Assembly: GCA_964634305.1 (NCBI GenBank)
Contig: CAZWLE010000002.1
Location: forward strand, 921-64,920
DNA from: an uncultured Candidatus Saccharibacteria bacterium
Lineage (GTDB): Bacteria > Patescibacteriota > Minisyncoccia > Phycocordibacterales > Phycocordibacteraceae
Length of the DNA stretch: 64,000 nucleotides
Direction of reading: 5' to 3'
The translations under genes and the position numbers were made by a program. Positions 1 through 9,671 of the stretch are shown in pieces (position 1 is the first letter of the stretch; each line of letters begins with the position of its first letter). The notes beneath the pieces are model-generated. The model had not been told where the DNA came from and made no database searches. It worked only from the letters and a program-made list of their open reading frames with translations.

Positions 1-462
1 GGGGCAGCTATTATTGTCGCTATCGCGCTTGGTGCATGGCTCCTTATGTCTGGTGCTGAGCGCCCAGCGCCGCAGCTCGGTGCTGCTGCGTTTAATGTGT
101 TGTCGGAAGGACAGGATGCGGGGAGTATGACGGAGCGAAAGAACTACCGCATCAAAGATGCTGAGCAACTTCAGGCGCTCTGGCAGATGGTGAAAGGTGA
201 GGATGCACCGTTTGTTGATTTTGAGCGCTACGAAGTACTCGCCATTTTCGACGGCACGCGCGCGTCAGGCGGATACTCGGTTGCAGTAACGTCGGTGGAA
301 GACACCGCGACCGAACGCGCTATCACTATTACGCGTACCGCTCCGGGTGATACCTGTATCACGACGCAAGCAATCACAAGTCCGTACACTATTGTGGTAG
401 CACCAAAGACAGATGCTCCTATCGTGCGTACTGATGTTGAAGAAGTAGTTGAGTGCGAGTAA
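1..462 (+). CDS. PrcB C-terminal-domain family membrane-anchored protein (5' end truncated by window edge)
   Basis: Frame is open from base 1 with a hydrophobic stretch (GAAIIVAIALGAWLLM). VDF...G.R.SGGYSV.V...PG..C..TQAITSPY.IV is the PrcB_C-type pattern. Confidence 0.7.
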   Translation, partial: GAAIIVAIALGAWLLMSGAERPAPQLGAAAFNVLSEGQDAGSMTERKNYRIKDAEQLQALWQMVKGEDAPFVDFERYEVLAIFDGTRASGGYSVAVTSVEDTATERAITITRTAPGDTCITTQAITSPYTIVVAPKTDAPIVRTDVEEVVECE

Positions 463-499
463 TTCGCCACAAGGGAGTGCATGCGTTACGATGCCCGCA

Positions 500-1777
500 A
501 TGGACGCATCAGCGCATTTTCGCGGTAAGCGCATAACCCTCACGGGACTTGGCCTTCTGGGGCGAGGGGTAGGCGACGCACGGTATCTAGCAGAGTGTGG
601 TGCCGACCTCATCGTCACTGACCTAAAAACGGCGGAGGAACTTGCACCGAGTGTGAAGGCGCTTGAAGGCTTGCAGATAACGTTTGTACTCGGCGAGCAT
701 CGTCTCGAAGATTTTCAGAATAGAGAGTTGATTATCAAAGGTCCCAAAACCCCACTCGATTCTCCATACATACGAGAAGCAGAAAAGAATGGTATTCCGG
801 TCACGATGTCGACGGCGCTGTTTGCAAAATACGCAAAGGAGGCAGGAGCAACGATTGTTGGCACGACGGGTACGCGCGGCAAAACCACTACGACAGAAAT
901 GATTGCGCACATACTGCGCACGGCAGGGAAGAAGGTACTCCTTGGCGGTAATATTCGCGGCGTCTCAACACTCGCACTACTTCCACAGGTAACGAGTGAC
1001 ACTATTGCCGTGCTCGAGCTCGATTCGTGGCAGCTCCAAGGATTTGGTGCAGAGAAGATAAGTCCAGATGTGGCGGTATTCACGAACCTTATGCCTGACC
1101 ATCAGGACTACTACGGAAACATGGATGCGTACTTTGCAGATAAAGCAGAAATCTATCGGCACCAGAATGCAGGCGGCGTATTGATTACGACCGAAGGGTT
1201 ACGTGAGCGTGTAGGTGATGCGCATGGTGAAGTGCGTATTGCCACCGCCTACGACGGAACGCTTCTTGTCCCAGGAACGCATAACCGTATGAATGCAGGA
1301 TGCGCGCTCCTTGCAACTGACGCACTTGGTGTAGACGGACGCGACGCGCTCGCCTTGTTTGCAGGCGTTGAAGGACGGCTTGAACAAGTGCGTGAGAAAG
1401 ACGGTGTTCGTTTTTATAACGACACAACGGCAACGACACCAGAAGCGACCCGTGCTGCGCTCGCTGCAGTTGAAGGCGACATTGTGCTTATTATGGGAGG
1501 CTCAGACAAAGGTCTTGATATGGGTAATCTTCTTGTTGAGATACCAAAACGAGTAAAGCGACTCATTATGCTTCCGGGTACCGGCACGGACCGCGTTCTT
1601 GAATTCCTGCCAGGTGCATCAGTGTATGACTCTATGGAGACTGCGGTGAAAGAAGCGGCTCGCTCCGCAAGCGAGGGTGATGCAGTACTGCTCTCTCCAG
1701 CATTCGCCTCATTTGGTCTTTTTGCGAATGAATACGAACGTGGTGATGCGTTTGTGCAGTCGGTTACTGCGCTATGA
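500..1777 (+). CDS. murD: UDP-N-acetylmuramoyl-L-alanine--D-glutamate ligase
   Basis: GLGLLGRG Rossmann start, TGTRGKTTT P-loop, GGNI, LELDSWQL, DHQDYY, NDTTATTP, GGSDKG, LLSPAFASFGLFANEYERG. ORF track starts at 449; ATG 500 preferred because of TACGAT at 487-492. Confidence 0.93.
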   Translation: MDASAHFRGKRITLTGLGLLGRGVGDARYLAECGADLIVTDLKTAEELAPSVKALEGLQITFVLGEHRLEDFQNRELIIKGPKTPLDSPYIREAEKNGIPVTMSTALFAKYAKEAGATIVGTTGTRGKTTTTEMIAHILRTAGKKVLLGGNIRGVSTLALLPQVTSDTIAVLELDSWQLQGFGAEKISPDVAVFTNLMPDHQDYYGNMDAYFADKAEIYRHQNAGGVLITTEGLRERVGDAHGEVRIATAYDGTLLVPGTHNRMNAGCALLATDALGVDGRDALALFAGVEGRLEQVREKDGVRFYNDTTATTPEATRAALAAVEGDIVLIMGGSDKGLDMGNLLVEIPKRVKRLIMLPGTGTDRVLEFLPGASVYDSMETAVKEAARSASEGDAVLLSPAFASFGLFANEYERGDAFVQSVTAL

Positions 1778-2415
1778 ACGAGGTAGATAACGCAGCACGG
1801 GTCGTGTGGGACTACATGCTGATGCATCAGGACATACAGCCTGCGGACGCCATTGTTGTACTCGGTTCTATCGATATGCGTGTTGCTGACCGTGGGGCAG
1901 AGCTATACGCAGCAGGTCTTGCTCCTCGTGTGGTCTGCACAGGATATAGAGGAAGAGGCACTGATGGATTCTCCGATACGGAAGGACGATTGCTTGCCAA
2001 TAGACTTATCGCATTGGGCGTTCCAGAAGAAGTGATTCTGATTGAAGAAGCAGCCACAAACACTGGTGAGAATGCGACGTATACACGCTCTCTTCTTGAA
2101 CGCGAAGGTATAGCGGTGCAGAGCATTATCGTCGTAACAAAGCCCTACATGGAGCGCCGCGCATACGCGACCTTTGCAAAACAATGGCCAGAGGTAACGG
2201 CATATATTACTTCGCCGCAACTTTCTTACGACACTTATTTTCCGGACGAAGCATTCAAAACCGACACCATTACCATGATGGTTGGGGACTTGGAACGCAT
2301 ACGTCGCTACGGTGCGGAAGGGTTTCAAATTCCTCAGGACATACCAGAGTCAGTTGAAACGGCATACAACGAGCTGATTGCACTTGGCTACAACCGCTAC
2401 GTTCCTCAATCATGA
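1774..2415 (+). CDS. YdcF/DUF218 family protein
   Basis: ADAIVVLG, R...GAELY, E..ATNTGENA, IIVVTKPYMERRA motifs; ATGA overlap with murD. Confidence 0.85.
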   Translation: MNEVDNAARVVWDYMLMHQDIQPADAIVVLGSIDMRVADRGAELYAAGLAPRVVCTGYRGRGTDGFSDTEGRLLANRLIALGVPEEVILIEEAATNTGENATYTRSLLEREGIAVQSIIVVTKPYMERRAYATFAKQWPEVTAYITSPQLSYDTYFPDEAFKTDTITMMVGDLERIRRYGAEGFQIPQDIPESVETAYNELIALGYNRYVPQS

Positions 2416-3173
2416 TAGGTATCTTTGATTCCGGCGCTGGCGGGCTCACGGTCCTTTCTGCAGTACGGAAGCGGTTGCCACACTCTGACGTGGTCTATTT
2501 TGGCGACACCGCGTATGCGCCGTATGGTCCTCGCACCCGTGAAGAAATCACTGCACGCACGATAGAGGCAATGCGCGTGTTGGCGCGCGAGAAAGCAACG
2601 AGTGTTCTCTCAGCATGTAACAGCGTGTCTGCCTCTCTTGCTGTCTCATTGTTTGATGCGGCGGCACTTCCTGCAGAACGACTGATTGAAATGGTAGGAC
2701 CGACAGTTGCAAGCTTTAGAGGTTCCGAAGAGCGACTCCTTATCGCAGCAACGCCCGCTACTATCGCGTCTGGAATCTATCAGAATGCATTCCAGATGAT
2801 AGGGAAGGAGGTAACGATGCTACCTATTCCCGCACTTGCTGGCGCCCTTGAACAAGGTGCTGATGAAGCAGAACTCGACCGTATCGTGCACGAGGCTCTC
2901 GCACCTCTCGACCTTACGCAGTTTGATACGCTCGTACTCGCGTGTACGCACTATCCGCTCGCACTCTCGTCATTTGTACGTGCTGTTCAGGACCGCCTAC
3001 GCATTGCGGACCCTGCAGAAGCAGTAGCGGCGCGCGTTGAGCGTGATTGGTGGCCGCGTGAGGCAGGATACGGCACGACACGCTTTCTTATAAGCGGTGA
3101 ATCGGCGCCATTTCGTACGTTGGTGGCGAACCTCTTCCCTGAGAGCGCGGAAAAGATTGAAGTGCTAGAGTAG
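2412..3173 (+). CDS. murI: Glutamate racemase
   Basis: IGIFDSGAGGLTV, YFGDTAYAPYG, ACNS and LACTHYP catalytic cysteines. Confidence 0.93.
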   Translation: MIGIFDSGAGGLTVLSAVRKRLPHSDVVYFGDTAYAPYGPRTREEITARTIEAMRVLAREKATSVLSACNSVSASLAVSLFDAAALPAERLIEMVGPTVASFRGSEERLLIAATPATIASGIYQNAFQMIGKEVTMLPIPALAGALEQGADEAELDRIVHEALAPLDLTQFDTLVLACTHYPLALSSFVRAVQDRLRIADPAEAVAARVERDWWPREAGYGTTRFLISGESAPFRTLVANLFPESAEKIEVLE

Positions 3174-3178
3174 CCTCA

Positions 3179-4438
3179 ATGAAGGCATATTTCGTCGGTA
3201 TTGGCGGCATCGGCATGAGCGCCCTCGCGCAGCTCATGCAGGATGAGGGTACTGAGGTATCGGGTAGCGACCGGGAAGCAAGTCCGACCACGGAGTTGTT
3301 GGAGCGAAATAATATTGTCGTGACGATAGGGCAGGCAGCGGAGAATGTGCCTGCTGATGCAGACGTCGTTATATATACGGAAGCAGCATGGGAAGACAAT
3401 GTCGAACGTATGCGGGCGAAGGAACTTGGTCTTCGTCAGATGTCGTACTTTGAAGCGCTTGGCGAAGTGTCCGCACGAAAGCGCACCATTGCCGTTGCGG
3501 GTACGCACGGCAAGACCACGACCACGGCAATGACCGCACGTATATTGCGCGAGGCAGGCGTCGCACCCTATGCGGTCGTCGGTTCCATTGTGAAGGATTT
3601 CGGTAGTAACTATCTAGAAGGAGATTCTGATTGGTTGGTCGTTGAAGCGTGTGAGTACAAGCGCGACTTTCTTACGCTTTCGCCAGAGATTTTGGTGGTC
3701 ACCAATATTGAATGGGACCACACGGATTACTATCCAAACCTTGCTGCAGTGCAGGACGCATTCCGTGCACTCATGGAAAAAGCGAACGTAGTCGTTACAG
3801 ATACGAACCATCCAAACATCGCACCGCTTCTCGTCGGTCTTTCTGCACGCGTCGTTAACTACACAGGCATGCCGACATATGAGACGAAGCTGCCAGGCGC
3901 GTTTAATGCCATGAATGCACGCGCAGCAGCCGCAGCAGCAACGGCTGCATCGCAAGACATGCCGGAAGAAACGATACGTGCAGCGCTCGCCTCGTTTGAG
4001 GGAACCTGGCGTCGCTTTGAGTACAAAGGAAAGACAAAGCGGGGCGCAGACGTCTACGACGATTATGCGCATCATCCCACTGCGGTAGCGGGTACGCTCG
4101 CTGAAATGCGAGCGCGTACGAAAGGGAACCTCTACGTGGCATTTCATCCGCACCTCTATAGCCGCACGAAAGATTTGCTTGAAGGATTTGCAACGGCATT
4201 TGCGGCAGCAGATAAGGTACTGATTGCTCCTATATACCCGGCACGTGAAATCGATGACGGCACCATGAGTAACGACATTCTTGCAAAGAAGATTGCAGAA
4301 ACTGGGAAGGACGCAAAGGCTGCAGATTTCATAGAGATTCAGCGCTACTTTGAGACAGAACCAGGAGAGGGAGATACGGTCGTCACTATGGGTGCAGGAG
4401 ATATATATAAGGTAGCGGACGAATTGGTCGCGCCATAA
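3179..4438 (+). CDS. murC: UDP-N-acetylmuramate--L-alanine ligase
   Basis: FVGIGGIGMSALA, GSD, AGTHGKTTT, VEACEY, TNIEWDH, RRFE, DDYAHHPT, FHPHLYSRT, MGAGDI. Confidence 0.93.
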   Translation: MKAYFVGIGGIGMSALAQLMQDEGTEVSGSDREASPTTELLERNNIVVTIGQAAENVPADADVVIYTEAAWEDNVERMRAKELGLRQMSYFEALGEVSARKRTIAVAGTHGKTTTTAMTARILREAGVAPYAVVGSIVKDFGSNYLEGDSDWLVVEACEYKRDFLTLSPEILVVTNIEWDHTDYYPNLAAVQDAFRALMEKANVVVTDTNHPNIAPLLVGLSARVVNYTGMPTYETKLPGAFNAMNARAAAAAATAASQDMPEETIRAALASFEGTWRRFEYKGKTKRGADVYDDYAHHPTAVAGTLAEMRARTKGNLYVAFHPHLYSRTKDLLEGFATAFAAADKVLIAPIYPAREIDDGTMSNDILAKKIAETGKDAKAADFIEIQRYFETEPGEGDTVVTMGAGDIYKVADELVAP

Positions 4439-4445
4439 AACACGA

Positions 4446-4469
4446 CGGCCGGCTCGTGAGAGCCGGCCG
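4446..4469. terminator. Hairpin between convergent murC and the minus-strand ORF; probable intrinsic terminator
   Basis: Perfect 10-bp stem CGGCCGGCTC-GTGA-GAGCCGGCCG. On the minus strand it is followed by TCGTGTTTTAT. Confidence 0.7.
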
Positions 4470-4479
4470 CGGAACGTAT

Positions 4480-5043
4480 TCAGACGTCCCGAAGGAAGAT
4501 GTTCTTGGGCCATGCAAAGCAGTACTCGGCCAGGACATCGATGATGGTTCCTGATGGAGTCGCGGCGCCACGAATCTCGACGGTAGACTTGAGGGGACCA
4601 AGCGCCTTACGCAGAGCCGCTTTTGCTCGTGGCAGATGCCACCAGCGTGCGACCACATATATGGCCTCCTTTCTTCCCTCAAGCGGCATACGCTGCATAC
4701 GCTCCTTACGAAGCATGGTAGCGAATGCCTGCATTTCTCCGGCAGTGCGGAATTGAAAGCCTTTGACGTCGATTTTCTTGATGCGCACGTGCGCGTAACG
4801 TCTCTGCTTTTTGAAGTAGTCAGTCATGACCTCCTGACCACTCTTCCTAATGCCCGGCTTGTGGCCAGCGGCAGGACAAAGCTGTGCATCCGAATGCTTG
4901 AAGTACAGGTCGGCTGCTTTCCGGCAGATTTCCTGACTGTTAGGCTTAAGGGTGACATGGACCATCGAGTGCTCCCCGGGCCCAGGTAGACGTACACGCA
5001 GTTCGTCCCAGCCGGCGAGTAAAGGGATTATCCAGGTGGTCAA
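4480..5043 (-). CDS. Hypothetical protein, probable highly divergent YdcF/DUF218-like fold
   Basis: 187-aa ORF fills the gap; TTG start with GGGAGG about 5 nt upstream. C.KAADLY, EVMTDY, T.GE and YVVARWWHLPRA echo DUF218 motifs. Confidence 0.6.
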   Translation of the reverse strand: MTTWIIPLLAGWDELRVRLPGPGEHSMVHVTLKPNSQEICRKAADLYFKHSDAQLCPAAGHKPGIRKSGQEVMTDYFKKQRRYAHVRIKKIDVKGFQFRTAGEMQAFATMLRKERMQRMPLEGRKEAIYVVARWWHLPRAKAALRKALGPLKSTVEIRGAATPSGTIIDVLAEYCFAWPKNIFLRDV

Positions 5044-5146
5044 TTGACCCTCCCATCTGTGAAGTTACTCCCGTAGCGATAGTGCACTGTCTTGCGATAG
5101 AGGGCAACTATGGTGCCCGGAGAGAGTATATGAGACAGTGTCGGCT

Positions 5147-5824
5147 ATGGGAACCCTCTCCATTGTCGGCACGCCTATCGGAAACCTCGGGGATATCACT
5201 CTTCGAGCACTCGAGACCTTAAAACAGGCAGACACTATCGCGTGCGAAGACACACGCGTAACGTCAAAGCTTCTGGCCAAGTACGACATTCAAAAACCGC
5301 TCCTCATTTTTCATGCGCAGAGCGGTCGGGCAGCATACGAACGGGTGCTTGCACAACTTGCAGAAGGGAAGCGGGTCGCACTCGTTACTGATGCCGGAAC
5401 GCCCGGTATCTCAGACCCAGGCACCGCGCTTGTGGCAACGGTGCGTAATCGGTTGCCGGACGTGCGCATAGAAGCGATACCAGGACCGTCAGCACTCGCT
5501 GCGGCACTCTCCATTGCGGGCGTACCTACCGACGCCTTCGTATTCCTCGGCTTCTTGCCGCACAAGAAAGGCCGTCAGACGTTGTTTAAGGAGATTGCTG
5601 CGGAAGAACGTACGGTAGTGTTCTATGAATCACCGCATCGCATAGAAAAGGCACTCGCGTCCCTTGAAGAGGTGCTTCCTGCAGAGAAGCAGGTGACGGT
5701 CGCACGCGAGCTCACCAAACTTCATGAATCTCTGGTGCAGGGCTCAGCGAGTGAAGTAGCCGCCTATTTTGCCAAGAAACAGGGAGAAGTCCGTGGAGAA
5801 TTTGTGGTCATAGTCTCTGCTTGA
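5147..5824 (+). CDS. rsmI: 16S rRNA (cytidine1402-2'-O)-methyltransferase
   Basis: VGTPIGNLGDITLRAL, CEDTR, VTDAGTPGISDPG, IPGPSA, FLGFLP, YESPHR, RELTKLHE, RGEFV. Alternative GTG start at 5138. Confidence 0.95.
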   Translation: MGTLSIVGTPIGNLGDITLRALETLKQADTIACEDTRVTSKLLAKYDIQKPLLIFHAQSGRAAYERVLAQLAEGKRVALVTDAGTPGISDPGTALVATVRNRLPDVRIEAIPGPSALAAALSIAGVPTDAFVFLGFLPHKKGRQTLFKEIAAEERTVVFYESPHRIEKALASLEEVLPAEKQVTVARELTKLHESLVQGSASEVAAYFAKKQGEVRGEFVVIVSA

Positions 5825-5836
5825 TACGATGCATAC

Positions 5837-6031
5837 ATGCAAAAGCGCACTGTTCTTGTCGTTATCGGTATCATCATCGCGCTCTCACCGTTTGCGGGCC
5901 TCCCGTATTCAGCACTCATGTGGCTCCTTCCTATACTCGGCATCATTACGGCCGTGCTCGCATATCCGTTCCGTGCGCGACCGCGGGCAGTAGAGTCAGA
6001 CGCTCCACATGAGACGACGCCCGGTATCTAG
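5837..6031 (+). CDS. Small two-helix membrane protein, unknown function
   Basis: 64 aa with two hydrophobic segments around SPFAGLP; TACGAT box 6 nt before the ATG. Confidence 0.6.
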   Translation: MQKRTVLVVIGIIIALSPFAGLPYSALMWLLPILGIITAVLAYPFRARPRAVESDAPHETTPGI

Positions 6032-7094
6032 GACCGAACTCACCATAGTGCTCGTTGCAGTCGTAGGATTTCTCATTGGTGGTCTTGCGATACCGCGTCT
6101 TGCCTCAACCACCTACTCAAAAGGGGAGCCTATAGAGGAAGCAACGACAGGACTGTTCACGAAAAAAGAACCTGAGCCAACGTTGGATAAGGATGCGTAT
6201 GACCGCAAGATGCGGTTTCTTGCACACATTGATGAGGCAGCGACGACGTCAACCTCAACCGTGAAGTCGCTTTGGCCGGTGACTGATGCGCCGTACCCCC
6301 TTCCTGGTGCCATTCTGCCGTTTAAGCGTATCGTCGCGTACTACGGCAATTTCTACTCAACCAAGATGGGTATTCTCGGAGAGTTTGATGAAGGGACGGT
6401 GCTCGCAAAGCTAAAGAGCGAGAAAGCGGCGTGGGAAGCAGCGGACCCTGAGACACCGGTCATTATGGCCATCGACTACATTGCGATTACCGCACAAGGC
6501 TCACCGCAGGCAGATAACACGTACAAACTCCGCATGCCAGGCGAGCACATTCAGCGCGCGATTGATATGGCCCGAAAAGTAGAGGGCATCACTATTCTTG
6601 AGATGCAAATTGGCTACTCAACTCTTGAAAGAGAGTTGCCACTCCTTGAGCAATATCTGAAGGAACCTGACGTCCATCTTGCCCTTGACCCAGAGTTCTC
6701 AATGAAACCAGGTGCGCTTCCACCGGGCGATGAGATTGGTACATTTTCTTCCGCCGACATCAACTACACCATCAACTACCTATCAGAAATCGTGAAGGCA
6801 AACAACTTGCCGCCAAAGATACTCGTCATCCATCGCTTTACGCAGAATATGGTTACGGGCTACGCAAATATTCACCCAACGCCTGAGGTACAGGTCGTTA
6901 TGGTTATGGACGGGTGGGGCTTTGGGGCAAAGAAGATAAACACCTACAACCAGGTTATCTATCCTGAGCCTGTGCAGTTCACCGGTTTCAAGATTTTCTA
7001 CAAGAACGACATGAAGCCACCATCAACCCGCCTTCTTTCACCTGCAGAAGTGCTCGAACTCACGCCGTCACCTTCGTTCATCCAGTATCAGTAG
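6009..7094 (+). CDS. Membrane-anchored extracytoplasmic conserved hypothetical protein
   Basis: N-terminal hydrophobic helix, short Thr/Ser linker, then a globular domain (RIVAYYGN, VHLALDPEF, LVIHRF, MDGWG, GFKIFY). Confidence 0.7.
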   Translation: MRRRPVSRTELTIVLVAVVGFLIGGLAIPRLASTTYSKGEPIEEATTGLFTKKEPEPTLDKDAYDRKMRFLAHIDEAATTSTSTVKSLWPVTDAPYPLPGAILPFKRIVAYYGNFYSTKMGILGEFDEGTVLAKLKSEKAAWEAADPETPVIMAIDYIAITAQGSPQADNTYKLRMPGEHIQRAIDMARKVEGITILEMQIGYSTLERELPLLEQYLKEPDVHLALDPEFSMKPGALPPGDEIGTFSSADINYTINYLSEIVKANNLPPKILVIHRFTQNMVTGYANIHPTPEVQVVMVMDGWGFGAKKINTYNQVIYPEPVQFTGFKIFYKNDMKPPSTRLLSPAEVLELTPSPSFIQYQ

Positions 7095-7109
7095 CGGTAT
7101 ACTACGTGT

Positions 7110-8777
7110 ATGGATAACCCGGAACGGGTAACGTACTTTGCGGCAACGGATACACGCGGCAAGCGTGTGCCGTTTGGTATTAAGGAAAAAGACCGTGCGC
7201 GTCACATGTACGTTATTGGAAAGACGGGTATGGGTAAATCGACCATGCTCGAGAACATGGCAATTCAAGACATCCAAAACGGAGAAGGCATTTCGTTCAT
7301 TGACCCGCACGGTTCTACCGCTGAAAAACTGCTTGAGTACGTTCCGGAACACCGCATCAATGATGTTGTGTATTTCGCCCCGTTTGATCTCGACCATCCG
7401 ATTGCCTTCAACGTGATGGAGGATGTGGGGTACGACAAACGTCACCTCGTCGTGTCGGGCCTCATGGCGACCTTCAAGAAGATTTGGGTGGACGCGTGGA
7501 GCGCTCGTATGGAGTACATCCTCTCGAACACCCTCCTTGCGCTGCTGGAGTACCCTGATGCAACCCTTCTCGGGGTGAACCGTATGTATGTCGACAAGGG
7601 CTATCGAAAGAAAGTCGTCGATAACGTTAAAGACCCTGTCGTGAAGGACTTCTGGGTAAAGGAGTTCAACACGTATACCGACCGTTACACCCAAGAGGCA
7701 ACGCCGGCTATTCAGAACAAGATTGGTCAGTTCACGAGTAATCCTTTGATTCGTAACATCATCGGCCAGCCGAAGTCGTCGTTTGATATTCGTGATCTCA
7801 TGGATCAGAAGAAGATTCTCATCATGAATCTTTCGAAGGGACTGGTAGGAGAAACGAACATGAAGCTTCTCGGCTCGATGCTCACGACGCGCATTTTCCT
7901 TGGCGCTATGAGTCGTGCGGATGTAGCGGCTCGCGACATGTCACGATTGCCTAATAGTTTCTTTTTTGTGGACGAGTTCCAGAACTTCGCGAACGATACG
8001 TTTGCAGAAATTCTCTCTGAGGCGCGTAAGTACAAACTTAACCTTACGATTGCGCACCAGTACATCGAGCAAATGGAGGAAGAGGTACAGGCAGCCGTCT
8101 TTGGTAACGTCGGTACAACCGTGACGTTCCGTGTTGGTCCGTTTGATGCAGAAACACTGGAGACCGTGTTTTCACCTGAGTTCGAACAAGAGGACCTGGT
8201 GAATCTTGGCTTTGCGCAGATTTACCTGACGCTGATGATTGATGGCATTGGGTCACGACCGTTCTCTGCCCTCACTCTGCCGCCTATTGAGCCGCCGCGA
8301 CGTACGTTTAAGAAGGAGGTGGTGGAAGCGTCCAGAGCGCGCTTTGCGACGCCGCGTGAGAAAATAGAAACCGCTATCTACGATGAGCTCTCACTCATTA
8401 TGGATGCGACGGTTGAAGCAGCGCCACCACCACGACCAAAATGGGACGGACAGAAAAAGAAGAAACCGCAGCAGCAAGGTGGCGGCGGGGGAGGTGGTGA
8501 GAAAAAGAAACCCGCACCACCAGCTCCTTCTGCGCCGTCGCAGGATTTGCGTGCTGCTATTGAGGCGCTCACGAAGGACACAAAGCAGCAAGAGGCGCAC
8601 AAAGAAGCGGAGAAGCGTGAAGAGCTCAAAGAGACGATTGCACACGTCATTCCTCCTCCTGCTCCGCGTCCTACGCCGCCTCCTGCGCCCCAGCAGTCCG
8701 TCCCTCCTCCTCAGCCGAAGCGTGCAGGATTTGAGGTGCCTGAGGAAGAATTGAAGGCTATTTTTGAGGAGAAATAG
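7110..8777 (+). CDS. VirD4/TraD/HerA-like P-loop ATPase (DUF87/TraG-D_C type)
   Basis: RARHMYVIGKTGMGKS Walker A, FIDPHG, FNVM, FVDEFQNF Walker B, EARKY, AHQY, GNVGT; Pro/Lys/Gly-rich tail. Confidence 0.85.
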   Translation: MDNPERVTYFAATDTRGKRVPFGIKEKDRARHMYVIGKTGMGKSTMLENMAIQDIQNGEGISFIDPHGSTAEKLLEYVPEHRINDVVYFAPFDLDHPIAFNVMEDVGYDKRHLVVSGLMATFKKIWVDAWSARMEYILSNTLLALLEYPDATLLGVNRMYVDKGYRKKVVDNVKDPVVKDFWVKEFNTYTDRYTQEATPAIQNKIGQFTSNPLIRNIIGQPKSSFDIRDLMDQKKILIMNLSKGLVGETNMKLLGSMLTTRIFLGAMSRADVAARDMSRLPNSFFFVDEFQNFANDTFAEILSEARKYKLNLTIAHQYIEQMEEEVQAAVFGNVGTTVTFRVGPFDAETLETVFSPEFEQEDLVNLGFAQIYLTLMIDGIGSRPFSALTLPPIEPPRRTFKKEVVEASRARFATPREKIETAIYDELSLIMDATVEAAPPPRPKWDGQKKKKPQQQGGGGGGGEKKKPAPPAPSAPSQDLRAAIEALTKDTKQQEAHKEAEKREELKETIAHVIPPPAPRPTPPPAPQQSVPPPQPKRAGFEVPEEELKAIFEEK

Positions 8778-8819
8778 GAGATTTGAGAAAGAACCTCATT
8801 CATCCTATGCTAGGCATTC

Positions 8820-9671
8820 ATGGCTAAGAAGATACTCGTTACCGGTGGGGCAGGCTTTGTCGGCTCCGCCCTGTGTCGTCGCCTCAAGGAAGAGGGACAT
8901 ACCGTCATATCCCTCGATAACTATTTCACGGGCTCAAAGGACAACCATATCGAAGGGGTCGAATATCGCGAGGGACACACCAAGAACATAACGACGCTTG
9001 TTCCTGAGACTCCTGACCTTGTCTATCACCTTGGTGAATACTCACGTGTCGAGAAGAGTTTTGAAGACCCAGAATTGGTATGGGACCTCAACAAGGCGGG
9101 TACGTTTGGCGTTGCAGAATTCTGCAGAACACGTGGAGTGAAAATGGTATATGCCGGGTCTTCGACAAAGTTTGGTGATGGTGGTCTAGGCCGTGATCAG
9201 TCACCCTATGCTTGGACAAAAGCAACGAATACCGAGCTCGTACGTAATTACGGTGACTGGTACGGTATGAACTATGCCGTGACGTATTTCTATAACGTCT
9301 ATGGTCCTGGTGAACGTTCTGGTGCGTATGGAACGGTTATCGAGATTTTCCGTCAGAAACGAATGAAGGGAGAAACACTCATGGTTAATGCGCCAGGTAC
9401 GCAAATGCGCAATTTCACGCATATAGATGATATTGTCGACGGATTGCTGTTAGTGGGTGAGAAGGGAGAAGGAGATGATTTTGGTATTGGCGATGAGCGC
9501 GCGTATACCATACTCGAAGTGGCTCAAATGTTTGGTGGCGAGGTAGTGCTTGGTCCAGAAGTGCGTGGTAATCGTCAGACGAGCGAAATAGACACCTCAA
9601 AGACACGCGCACTAGGGTGGGAACCAAAACGTAGTCTTGCTGACTACATCAACCAGTCGCTACAGTCGTAG
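8820..9671 (+). CDS. NAD-dependent nucleotide-sugar epimerase/dehydratase
   Basis: ILVTGGAGFVGS, YAWTK (YxxxK), YFYNVYGP, RNFTHIDD. Confidence 0.88.
   Translation: MAKKILVTGGAGFVGSALCRRLKEEGHTVISLDNYFTGSKDNHIEGVEYREGHTKNITTLVPETPDLVYHLGEYSRVEKSFEDPELVWDLNKAGTFGVAEFCRTRGVKMVYAGSSTKFGDGGLGRDQSPYAWTKATNTELVRNYGDWYGMNYAVTYFYNVYGPGERSGAYGTVIEIFRQKRMKGETLMVNAPGTQMRNFTHIDDIVDGLLLVGEKGEGDDFGIGDERAYTILEVAQMFGGEVVLGPEVRGNRQTSEIDTSKTRALGWEPKRSLADYINQSLQS

Noticed and set aside
3614-4513. 299-aa minus-strand ORF and similar long antisense ORFs (7068-7694, 13297-14130, 22063-22695, 32951-33778)
   Set aside because: They shadow well-supported genes on the opposite strand and show no recognisable motifs.
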